DNA from: Carcharhinus amblyrhynchos
Taxonomy: Eukaryota
DNA: 64,000 bases
Assembly: GCA_965287045.1 (NCBI GenBank)
Contig: OZ336880.1
Span: 43,338,001-43,402,000 of the forward strand
Reading direction: 5' to 3'
Shown: positions 1 through 11,612 of the stretch, one piece after another
Position numbering within the stretch: the stretch's first letter is position 1
Layout: every line of letters begins with the position of its first letter
Made by a program: the position numbers and the translations under genes
Notes under the pieces: generated by a model
The model's input: only the letters and a program-made list of their open reading frames with translations
Database searches by the model: none
What the model was told of the DNA's origin: nothing

Positions 1-597
1 TGTTTGGTAATAAATTAAACTTTAATAACACCAACTGAATATCTCAGCATATTGTCAAACTGTTATGGTTTATTATTTAGTATAATGATATTTCTGTAGG
101 TCATAGGGAAATGGGCGGTAAATTCATACTTCATTAATAAAATTGTATTTACATTTGTAATTGTGATATAAAATTAATTGTGGTTTCACATGCTTTTGTA
201 AGAATAATGGTACAATCTACACTATTATGTTCTCCTATCATTCTTCAGGAAATAGTCCACATCTTGAATTCTCAGATGACTGATTTAAGCACTCTTAAAT
301 GCAGAATTGAAAAGTTGCACATTTGGAATTTTTAACAATGTCTTTTGACAATTCTAGTTTTTCTTAACTTAAAGACAACAAGGTGGTATTTTTCATGCAT
401 CCACTACTGATATATGATATCTTGCTAGAAACGAAGCTGTTAATCATAGGTAAATATTCCATCCAAGATCCTTTATGTGACAAGTAATCAAATTTTATCA
501 CAAATAGGGTGAGACTTGGGAAGCTGAGATTGTTTCTGTTAATGCCAAGAAATGTAAGTAATTTAATACAGATCCTCAGATTTTTGATAGAGTGAGG

Positions 598-1165
598 AAA
601 GACTTGCATTTAGATCAGCATTTTTTATGAAATAACAAACCACTTTAGAGCCAATGAAGTTCTTTTGAACTATAGTCGCCATTGTAATGTAGTAAACACA
701 ACAAATCATTTGCATACAGTTCGGTCCTACAAAGAGTAATGAAATGAATGGATGGCATGTAAGTATTAGCCAGGACAAATGTTCTTCTAATTTTTTGGAG
801 TGCAAAGGCAATTTATTTAAGTTTTTTTTGCACAGTTACACAGTACAATAAAATGGCCAACTTTATGCACAGCCAGCATGGGGATTTTGAGGTTGCTGCA
901 TGGCCATGCAGTTTACAGGGAACATTACCCAGAACACCCAGGAGAATGCCCCGGCTCTTCTTTGAAATTGTGCCATGCATCTACCCAAATGGGCAGGTGG
1001 AACCCCAGTTCAACAACTGGCATGAAAGCTAACAGCACTGCACTTCATCAGTGCTGTCATTGGAGTGTCAGACTAGATTTGGTTTTCAACTCCCTGGGCT
1101 ATGACATGAATCCACAGCCTTCCAACTTAGAACCAAGTGTATTGCTAACTGAGCCACAGCTGACA
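598..1165 (-). mobile_element. SacSINE1/DeuSINE-like tRNA-derived SINE, degenerate
   Basis: Reverse strand begins GTCAGCTGTGGCTCAGTTAGCAATAC (tRNA A-box-like head). Deu-domain-like core around 930-1000 and a 3' tail ending ...AAATGCAAGTC near 600. Homologous to the + strand copy at 49317-50320. Confidence 0.65.
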
Positions 1166-1204
1166 CAGGCACAAGGTGAATTGATTTCCACCCACTGGCT
1201 GATC

Positions 1205-1782
1205 AGTAAGCAGAAGACTCAGATTTAAGGCAATTGGTAAAATAAATTGAGGGGAAATAAGGAGACATTTCTAATGTAGCAAGTTGTTGTAATGTAGAAT
1301 GCACTGCCGAAAGGGCAGTGAGATCCAATAGTAACTCCTAAAAGGAATTAGATATATATTTCAATAAGAAAAACATTGCAGAGCAATGGAAAAAGAACAG
1401 GTGAATGAAACTAATTGAACAATTCCTTCACAAAAACCAGCAGAGGCATGGTAGGTTAAAGTTTCTAAAGTTTATTTTAGTGTCACAAGTAGGCTTACAT
1501 TAACACTGCAATGAAGTTACTGTGAAAATCCCCTGGGGTGGGGGGGGGCACACTCTGGCACCTGTTCTGGTACATTGAGGGAGTACTTAGCACCTAACCA
1601 GGACATCTTTTGGACTTTTAGAGGAAACTGGAGCCACCCGAGGAAACCAATGCAGACTGAGGGAGAATGTGCAGACTCCGCACTGACAGTGACCCAAGCT
1701 GGGATTCGAACCAGAGTCCTTGGTGCTGTGAGACAGCAGTGCTAATCAGGCTGAATTGCCTCTTTGTTGACTGCTTCTATGA
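1205..1782 (+). mobile_element. CR1 LINE 3' fragment, interrupted by an HE1 SINE
   Basis: Degenerate RT C-terminus (..FKAIGK..GEIRRHF....VV..NALP) and 3' UTR. The tail resumes at ~1746 after the SINE. Confidence 0.6.
1457..1745 (-). mobile_element. HE1-like V-SINE
   Basis: Reverse strand has a tRNA-like head (ATTAGCACTGCTGTCTCACAGC..GGTTCGAATCCC), a V-domain (GGGTGGCTCCAGTTTCCTC) and an AAACTTT tail. Six or more related copies are in the window. Confidence 0.85.
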
Positions 1783-2504
1783 AAATAGTCAAGGAAGAGC
1801 TGACTTACAAAGTCAAGCTATTGAATTAAAAACAGAATGTTATTATGGGCTATCTTATATTTATTTTCACATTTAGCAAAATGATTACCATGTCTGCCAC
1901 ACAGCTATCTCCAATAGACTAGAGCTCTATGGGAGCATTGCTATTGGACTGCAGCTCACAGGGAATTATTAAGGAATCTAGAATCTTTATTGGGAGCTTT
2001 TGATCACTGATCATGAATGGAGAGGAAAAGTGGGTTATAAATCATGGGATTAAGAAAATCAGATAGCATGTGACCTTATCTTGATGTTAAGCATTAACCA
2101 GTTTTGTGAATATTTAAGAAGTATTTTTATCCCAATTAACAGATGTAACACTGAAACTGGTGAAACAGATGTCGGGTAAATAATAATCTGCATTAAGCAG
2201 TGACTGCTCTTTAATAGACCAATTTATATGTTTCATGCAAAATAGCTTTCTTTAAATATTCTATATTTCTGTAACAGATTTCTTCTTATGTGGTCCAATG
2301 ATGTTGTAAATGTGTGTGAATAATCAAAGTGGATGACAGAAAGAAATCAGGTTTGAGTTAAGTTTACTTAGAAAGGCACATGTCTAATAACTGGAATTAA
2401 CATCTTTTAGAGGAAACAGTACCAACATTATCGTCGAATATTTGGCTTTTATACCTAATATTCTCGAATACTTGGAGAGGGCATTGTGAAGGGCAAAGAG
2501 TACT

Positions 2505-2524
2505 GCAGAGCCACCTAGTGTACA
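2505..2524 (-). promoter_or_regulatory. Candidate CTCF site
   Basis: Reverse strand TGTACACTAGGTGGCTCTGC matches the CCACYAGRKGGC core, in non-repetitive sequence. Confidence 0.4.
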
Positions 2525-3819
2525 GAATTTATAAGTTGTTATTTATATTTGTTTTTATTTTCTGCCGAATACTTAGGGATGAAAATGATATGAAATAATC
2601 TATTTCCAAAAATTGGCCATAACAATGAATCTATTCCTCATTTAATCCGTGCATTACATCAATGCCTTTACCATTCCATAAAAGAATACTTCAAACCCCC
2701 ATTACGTGAAATTCTGGGGCATTCATTCTCAGTGCCGTTGACTGCAACTTTTGGTGCCAAATAATTCGGGAATATAAGTATAATATTTGTAGGATTTATT
2801 TTTTAAACGCAAAATAGGTTAAAGACAAGTCAGTGAATAGCCATGGGCGTATAATGAACTACATCAGATGCTAATGGGACATGGGGAAAATACTGTAGAC
2901 AGGGAAGAGAAAAATTCAATAAATAAACAGCATTGCCTTAAATTCCCACCATCATTCTGTAAACATGTGGAACAACTATGCCCAGCACGCACTGTTAAAG
3001 GATCAGTGAGACTTATTTATGAAAACTCGCTCAGATTAATTTGAGTAAAATTTCAACTGAGTTTTACACCATTGGAAGTGTAACGGTTACACTCCTGACC
3101 CTGTACAGTGCTGCAATGTGTGTATCCAATTTGTTGTTTATCCTTCACATATTTCGCAAAGTTCTTTAGAATGGTCCATACCCAGTGGCAATATCAACTT
3201 CAGGTATGGTTTACATTGCTACAGTCTGTATAGATTATTTATTACAGTCGGCCTTGAATATAATGCCGCCGCTTTCCCCAGTACGATTCCGTTTTTAAGA
3301 AAATGCCACTAAAGTAAATCTCTAACAAAAAATGACCAATCACTGAAGTGATATCGTGACAGATTTTTAAAAAATGTTTCCTACAGTACAACAGTGAGTA
3401 CGCTTCAAAGAAAAGTGGCTGCAAAGCGCTGAGGTGAAACATGCAATATAAATGCAAATTTATGTGGTCAGCTGAAATTATAGTCACCAGGATTCCTCTA
3501 ATGATTATGTATTTTTTTCTTTTGTTTAAAATGCTCACTGTTCCTAAATTACCTCAAATATGGGGTGGGGCTTATTGATTGGTTGATGAATCTGTGAGAC
3601 TAGATTAAATTGACATACTCATTATTCAGATTTCCATTCACTTCGTTTTTCTTTCAGATTTTCTTCCATGTCGGTATCTGTTTTATTTGTTGGACTAGGA
3701 TTTCACCAGTATCAGACTATCTGCAATTCCTCACTCAGTAATCACTATTTTCATAAGAAAATCTTGATAACCAATGAATCTTTCACCATCGCAATCCGAT
3801 CACAGGGTGTTTTTTTCAC

Positions 3820-4055
3820 AGGTGACCTTGGGTCTGCCCTGTTTTCACACAGTCCACATGTGCACACTTTTATTTGGGTACGCCAGGGACAGGGATCATT
3901 GACAAACCCTGGCTGATGTACCCTTTCCTAATCCAGAAATAGAGGACAATTATCGCGTTGTGACCAGCACTCAGCTGAGATCAGTAGCACAGACAACGGA
4001 CTGCACCTGATACCATCCTGTTGTACAAAGCACCACTGCTCACTCGCTAAGCCCC
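3820..4055 (-). mobile_element. Old, degenerate tRNA-derived SINE
   Basis: Reverse strand has ..CTGTGCTACTGATCTCAGCTG..ATCAGCCAGGGTT.., resembling an ancient shark SINE body. Heavily eroded. Confidence 0.35.
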
Positions 4056-4771
4056 GGAAACGATTGGGATAAACTTCCAATTGTGGCGGAGAGTTTCGGC
4101 TAGCTAGTGCTGAATAACTTGCGCAACCGCTGTCAAATCAGCATAAAATAATAAGCGAGCGCAAAATCTTTTGGAAAAACAACACACTGGAAGTTTACCT
4201 TCATCCACAATCCAGATCAGGATCATGTCCCCAGATTGAGTTCATCACTATTGTGACCTTCCGCTTGTGGGCTTTCCAGGGGGCTCTTAAAAATAAACTC
4301 TTTGGACGCAAATAGGCATCTTTTAAAAGTTTTTGAATGTTAACTGATGTGAACCATTTAAGATGGAATCCTGCAGTTACATTGTCTGAAATCTTTGATC
4401 AGATTACTGGTTTTTAATCGCCCCTAGTCAGTATATCAAATGATAACCGAAGGTGTTTATAATAGTCAGCAAGCTTAAATTCAGATTGTAAATGCCGTCA
4501 CTGTCTGCATTAACATTACAGTATTTTGTTTTTGCTTCTTCTGTTTACCTAGTCCATTGCTTTATTAATATGACAGAATCTTGTCTAATCCTTTGGTCAC
4601 ATATTATAAAGATCAATAATTGAAGTAAGTGGGAAAACATTGTTTTCTCTTATTACACACATGGTTTTTGAACTGGAGTTATTTTCTCTATGTATAAAGT
4701 AATAAAATCATGGATTTAAATTTATATTTTCATTATCTCACAAATAATACAGGCACAAAAAGCTGCCACTA

Positions 4772-7700
4772 TGTTGTTGGTTACAGTTTGGTTGGTCATT
4801 AGGAGTTTTTGTAATCATTCACAGATAAACTAAATTTTTATTAACTCTTAGAACTATTTGCAAATATACTGTAAAAGGTACAGGCGAAGAGCTGTCTCCA
4901 TGCTTGCTGGAACACACGGCTCTGTTCAACACTCCACTGCATCTGGTTTTGGATCATATGCTTGCTCACATCGCTATATGGGCAGTACTGTACTCAGTCC
5001 CACATTAACCCTATATGTTCCAGACCCTTATACTACACCTAACCACATTCTTACCCGATGTAGTTTAAACGATTATAGTTTACCTTCTGTTCCACATTGT
5101 TTTTAGCATCATACATTTACATTGTCATTATTGTTATCCCATCTCCCCCCCACTTTGAGATTTTGATTTCAAAGTTTCAGGTGGTCTGGAGGCCTTATAA
5201 CCCTTCCATATCTCATCCGCACCAATTTGGGAGGATTGATAGGCTCTGATGTTGTTGGTTCTTCCTGTAGATTTGGAGGTAGTTCTGGAATCTGAGTGTA
5301 TTTTCATCCTTTTCTTCCATTCTTTCATGTTGAACAGCACTTGCTCATTTTGGCTGTTGTGTTGGTTGGTGGTTGCTACAAAACTCGTGTTTTGGGGGGT
5401 GAGCAAATGTTGTACTCACCTCCTTGTCATTTCTTTCACTTCTTCCATCATGGGTTGTGGTGATGTCCTCTGTAGTGGAGGGTGAGCATTCCTGTGGCTA
5501 GAATGAGGTTCAGTGTAATATTCACCATGGCATTTCACTGTCACCAATGGACAGCTGCTACTAGCTTCCAGCATCTTTTGTGGCTTTGGCAATGTTGGCT
5601 GGGAGTTTAAGCGTATTTTCAGCGGTTGCTGTGTTGATTTGCTGTGCCATCATCAGAGCTGGAGGTAGAGGTTCATCGGACTGCTAGTTGCTCTCCCTTA
5701 CGTCTTCCACATAAGGCACTATGGCTCCCTCTGGGTGGCTGCTCTGATCATTGTAGGTTTTCCAGCATCTGTAAAGAGAATGGTCAAATCTTCTCCACAA
5801 AGAGAGAAAGCAATTCGGAACTGAAGTCCCTGTCACAAAACTCTTTTTTTGTTTGAGGACTTGAGAGCTTGCAATTTTGTTTAATTAATGAGAATGTCTT
5901 TGCCATCTTCTGCCAGTTTGAGGAGATTCAGGGATACACAGGGATCTCTGCTCAAGAGGGAGAAAGATTGGTTACAGATGACGTAGATCAGCTTGAAGAT
6001 CTATTTGCTGCTATATTGTCTAGAATCAGATTCCTCCAGGTCCTTACAGTGGTGTGTCTGTAGTTTGAAGCCAGAGATCTTTCATGGCTCTTTGTCTGAC
6101 AGAACTGTTATGCTAGCTCCTGTATCTAAAATTTGTTAAATGGCCATTGACTGAAATATTCCGGGTCCACAGTGAGAAACCAAGATCTTTTGAGTTCACT
6201 GGGTTTGCACTCTCGACCTCATGGATAATTGTTGGACTTATTGGTTGGAATTTTACTGCCCCGCATGACGCAAGAAACAGAGTGGATGTAAGGTGGACAA
6301 TGGGAGGTCCATTGCCCTTGTATGGGATTTTATGGTGTTGGGATGAACGAGGCCTTAAAATCCCACCCCCTGTGTGTTTCAGAGTTTTTGCCCAGTATGG
6401 TTTGCAGTAGTGTCCAATCCTGTTACACTGAAAGCATTTGGCTGAAATTGCAGGATGTTGATCTTGCCTGTGGGGACACTTTGCTCCACGGTATTGGCAC
6501 AGTCACTCTGCTGCCTGGCTTGTTAACCTGGTCTGGGATGTCTCTATATCTCTGTTGCTTCACTAGCTGAACTGTGGGTTGGCCTCTGCATCACAGTTTA
6601 TTCACTCCCCTTAAAATTGTTCTGTGCTGCTCACGAGTTCTGACCGCCTAACCAGTCAGATTGCTTTTTCCAGGCTTGGATCTTCCTTTGCTTGCATAAG
6701 GTCAGAGAGTATATTGTTCATTACTCCTACCACTATTCTGTCTCTGATGAACTCAGATTTTATGGCTGGAACTTTACTGTGCCACCCGCCATGGGAATTG
6801 AAGCAGATGAGGGGCAGAGCATGGAAAGATCTGTTGATCTTGGATGGGAGTTTATGGTTTTGGAACAAGCAAGGCCATAAAACCCCACCCTAAGTCTCTG
6901 TATTCACAACATTCTGCCATCCTAAACTGATCATTGGCAAATAAATCAGTAAGTTCTCCTGGCTGCATAACTCACTTGATAAATTTAGCCCTTTTGAATA
7001 TGTCATTGCTTCTTAGATTGAAATAAATGTTGAAAGCTTTAAGTTTACCAGATGATTCATTGATTTCCTGTCTTGCAATAAAATCATCCTCAATTTTCCT
7101 ACTGAATAAAGCAGTGTGTTATCCTTTTCTGCTTTTTTTTTGTCTAAACCTGACGTGATGCTGTTTTTTGGAATATTTTCCCCCAAAGTTCCTGATTATG
7201 TGATTGATTTTGAGCTTGGATTGGTCCAAACTGATTTGGAAGTATGGAATTGTTAGAATTGTAGGTGCTGATTTCTAAATTTCAAGATGGCATCATCATT
7301 CGCTTGGAGGTAAAGGGATTTCCCACACTTGTTGGTTTTGACAGGCTCCACTGAAATGGTGATTGTGTTTGAAAAAAATATTCAACAGTGTCTGTCTGGA
7401 TTGACTGCACCATTCTTTTGCTTTACTTTAAAACCACAAATTTGTTGGTTCCTTTTTTTTTGCTCTCAGCTGTGTTTAGAAGTTACAATTCTCCCAGAAT
7501 AATTAATCAATTATTTTTTCCATTTTGGACCTAGCTCGGATGCCATGTTCCAGGTGCCAACTCAAGGGTTTTGGCAATAGATTTTTTTGAACTGTACTTT
7601 TGGCTCTGAATTATTAAAAGATTTTGCAGGATTAGCTGTAGCCTGGTATTTTAAAAGATTTAACTCACCCTTGCCTGGTCTGCTGATTCCATTCTGGGAT

Positions 7701-8200
7701 CAGAAGCTGGAGTTCCAAAAGAGATGCAATGGAATCTTCTGCTGCAGGAAGAAATTTTAAATTTCAGTGCCTAGTCTCTAAGCCTTTTTTTTAGAGATTT
7801 TTAGAATTTTTTGTGGCACCTTTGTTTCTCTGGTTTCTTCTCATGTCAAATTGTTTTCCTGAATTATTTTTCAGTCTTTCAGCATTTTAGTTTCTTCTGC
7901 ATTTTTTTGGGTTTTTTTCAAAAACAGCAGTTGTAGAGTATTGGTTACAGTTTGATAGGACTGAAGAGGTTTTTTAGCCATATGTAAGTCAATTGTGTTT
8001 CTTGGCTTTTTAGGCTATTTACAAATATGAAGTAATGGGTACAAACTCTGACTTGATTCCATGCTTGCTGATACACATGGCTCTGTCTAACAATAGACAG
8101 ACTCTGGTTGACGGTCATGTGCTCTCTTGTATCACTGTGAGTGGGACTGTACTCAGAATAATGTTAACTGTATATGTGCCAGACCCTTGTACTACATTGA
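4772..8200 (-). mobile_element. Degenerate, internally deleted Gypsy/Ty3 LTR retrotransposon (element A)
   Basis: Related LTRs at ~4772-5141 and ~7932-8200 share CCATGCTTGCTG..ACAC(A/G)..GGCTCTG and CCAGACCCTT(A/G)TACTACA. Polypurine tract GGGGGGAGA on - at ~5142-5151. Gag remnant EFIRDRIVVGV..LSDLMQAKEDPSLEKAI (6656-6760). Integrase-like remnants at 5150-5640. Confidence 0.75.
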
Positions 8201-9833
8201 CTATGTTAGTCCACGGGTGCTGAGCCATTGTCAAGGGAGGTGGAGGGGGAGGGGCTTAAGTCCCACCCTCATCCACTTCCTGTTCCAGAGAAACCTTCTC
8301 CTTGCCTTGCCAACAGAGCAATGTAACATTCTAACATTGCCAGTTTTGTGAGCTTCAAACTAAAAGCAAAAAATAATGTTATTTGCACATGTAGATGCAA
8401 ACTAACAATAACAGATTTATTCTAGAAGCATTTGTGTACAAAATGAAACTAAAAGCAGTAGCCTGTGAAACACCCCAATGACATCACCATCAAATCATGT
8501 GACCAGCTCTTAAAGCAATCATGTGAGCACTTAAATACATAATATTCCCCTTTACTTCTGTGGTCATGAAAGCAAATTAGTACAATGTTATACATAGGAT
8601 CAATAAATACGCTGGACACTGTACTATGCATCATTAATCATTATACACACATTATAACCATAAGAAAGTTGATCAGGAGGATCAAATTTCCTGTTTGGTT
8701 GTATGCAATGTTATGGAATTTGGCTGTACTTGACCCTGGAAGTATGATTTGGGACTTCAGCAGACACTTCTTCTCTTAGAATTAATTCTGCATCATTCTG
8801 ATGTGGCATAGACACAATCATCAGGAAAATCAGATTCAACTAAGAGTGGTGTTTTTCCACCAGTTTTTCAATGGTTTGTTCAGTTGTAATAGATCTCATG
8901 GTAACAACACCTAGCCATTTTAAGTGTATGTCAGTTATGACTAAGAACATGTCACCCTCAAACAGGCCAGCAAAATCTACATGCAATTGTTACCATGGCA
9001 TTATAGGCTATTCTGAAAGGAAACAACAATGCTGTATTTATTTATGCACAGGATTGACACTGTCCCATTTTTTCTTCAATCTGAGCATCCAGGCCACCAA
9101 AATAAGTATGTGTTAATTCCTTAATTCAGATTATACTAGGACATCCTTCATTTAGCTCTCAAGAGCCCTTCCACACAGACTAGGAGGAATAATCACTCAG
9201 ATTCCCCACAATAGACACCCACCATGGATGGTCAACTCAAGCTTTCATGACAAATATGGTTTTAAATCAGGAAGACTACAGCTATCATTCCTTTCAATAC
9301 CTCATTCATCACCTTCCCCATCACGGGATCATTTCTGTTTTGTCTCTGAACTTGAGAAGTTGTCTCAGGCAAATTACTACCCGTGAAAAATAAAGAATAT
9401 CAGCAGAACTAGTTTTTGACATCTGCTCAAAGGGTAAAGGTAAGGTGATAATGCAGTAACATTAGCATGATAGTGTGCAGTGGAATGTGCAGATAATACC
9501 AGTGACCATCTTTGTAATTGGCTAGTAGCTAAGAAACTCATGGCCCAAAAATGGTAGCTAAGGGTCCATGATCAGTCAATAAGGTGAAATGATGACTATA
9601 TAAATAATGATGAAACCTTTGTATGTCAAAAATAAAACTCAATGCTTCTTATAGTCAGATTCAGCAGTAGTCAGAGTACATGAAGCAAATATTATTAGTC
9701 ATTCTTTTCCCAAAGGCATAATATGTGAAATGACTGCCCCTACTCCATAACAAGCAAGCAGTAATGCTGGCTTTGGATTAAAATGAATCAACACTTGAAA
9801 CCTCTGCAAAGTATCTTTGGGTAAAGTGGGTAA

Positions 9834-10172
9834 TGTAGTCAATGTAGTACAAGAGTTTGGCATATACACAGTCAATGTTATAATGAGTACAGTTCCATCC
9901 ACACAGTGATGCAAGAGAGCACATGACCCATAACCAGAGACAGTCTAGTGTTAGACAGAGCCATGTGTATCAGCAAGCATGGAGTCAACTCATAGTTTCT
10001 ACCCATTACTGTATATTTGTAAATCGCTTAAAGAGTCAAGAAACACAATTAACCTATATATGGCTACAAAGACGTCTTTAGGCCTATCAAACTGTAACCA
10101 TTACTCTACATGGTGGCTGCTTTTGGAAAAACACAAAAGAGAATGCAGAAGAAGTCTAAAATGCTGGAACAT
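9834..10172 (+). mobile_element. LTR + PBS fragment of the element-A family, inserted inside element B
   Basis: TGTAGT...CTCTACA followed by PBS-like TGGTGGCTGC. It is an inverted homologue of ~7875-8205. Confidence 0.8.
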
Positions 10173-10794
10173 GCTTGTTGCTGTTTTGACCTCTAAAGGA
10201 GAGTTCCTAACTTATAGATCTTCATTCCTGAATCAAATTATGAAGCCTCCTTTGCAGCCAGTTCCATTGACACTGTGATTCCTACTGCTGTCCTTAAAAT
10301 CAAAGCATGTTCTGACGGCAATCTTCTTTGGATAGCCTTATTTTGGAGACCACAAACAAGATGATCTTGAACAGAAACACCTAATGACTCACCAAACTCA
10401 CAATGTTGTGCCAACCTTTTTAAGGTTGCGGCAAACTGAACAATGTTTCTGCCTTCCACTTGATTCCTTTGATGGAACCTAAACCATTCCAAGATGATCA
10501 ATGGTTTAGGAGAGTAATGCTCTTCAAGGATCTTTGTCAAGTCATAAGTTTTGGTTTCAGGTTTCGCTGGATGAACCAAGCTCTGGAGCAAATTGAAGGT
10601 TTTACTTCTGAATGTGCTAAGAAAAACTGGTATGAACAGCTCATCTGCAATTTTATTTGATTGAACAAAATACTGAAACTGCTTGGTATAGGCACTTCAT
10701 GATTTATTTTCTTCACTGAAGGGGCTCATAGATGCTAATTGACCCACCATTTCTCTTGCAAGCACTAGTGACTCAAGACTGCTCCATATATATA

Positions 10795-11612
10795 TAAGAA
10801 CATAAGGAATAGGAGCAGGAGTAGGCCATCTAGCCCTTCGAGCCTGCCCCGCCATTCAATAAGATCATGGCTGATCTGTCGTGGCTCAGTTCCACTTTCC
10901 CGCCCTCTCCCCATAACCCTTAATCCCCTCTCTTATCAAAAACCCATCAACCCGCGTCTTAAAAATATTTAGCGAGGCAGCCTCCACCACTTCAACGGGC
11001 AGAGAATTCCAGAGATTCACCACCCTTTGAGTGAAGAAGTTCCTCCTCAACTCCATTCTAAACCGCCCCCCCTTTATCTTGAGGCTGTGCCCCCTAGTCC
11101 TACTGTCTTTTTTGAGTGGGAGGAGTCTCTCCACCTCTATCCTATCCATCCCATTCATCATCTTATACGTCTCAATGAGATCTCCCCTCATTCTTCTAAA
11201 CTCTAACGAGTACAAGCCTAGTTTATTCAGCCTCTCCTCATAGTTCAATCCCCTCAACTCCGGTATCAGCCTGGTAAACCTCCTCTGCACTCCCTCCAAG
11301 GCCAAAATATCTTTGCGCAGGTGCGGCGCCCAAAACTGCACACAGTACTCCAGCTGCGGCCTCACCAATGCCCTATACAGCTGCAGCAAGACCTCCCTAC
11401 TTTTATATTCAATCCCCCTCGCTATGAAGGCCAGCATCCCATTCGCCTTCCTGACCACATGCTGCACCTGCAGGCTGGGTTTTTGTGACTCATGCACAAG
11501 GACCCCGAGGTCCCTCTGCACCGTCGCCTGCTGCAGTTTTTCGCCACGTAAGTAATAGTCCTTCCTACCATTCTTCCTACCAAAGTGGACCACCTCACAC
11601 TTGCCAACATAT
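10795..11612 (-). mobile_element. Young 5'-truncated CR1-clade LINE (RT C-terminus + 3' UTR)
   Basis: Uninterrupted frame KCEVVHFGRKN..RDLGVLV..LYRALVRPQLEYCVQFWAP..RRMRGDLIETYK..FFTQRVVNLWNSLP, stop at 10886. The 3' UTR ends in a CTTATGTTCTTAT microsatellite tail. Confidence 0.95.

Noticed and set aside
2278-2350. Coding exon with plausible splice sites
   Set aside because: Stops in all three frames. At most a non-coding exon, with no independent support.
4199-4287. Minus-strand exon candidate (TTTTTAAG| ... AAG|GTAAAC)
   Set aside because: All three frames contain stops and there is no recognisable product.
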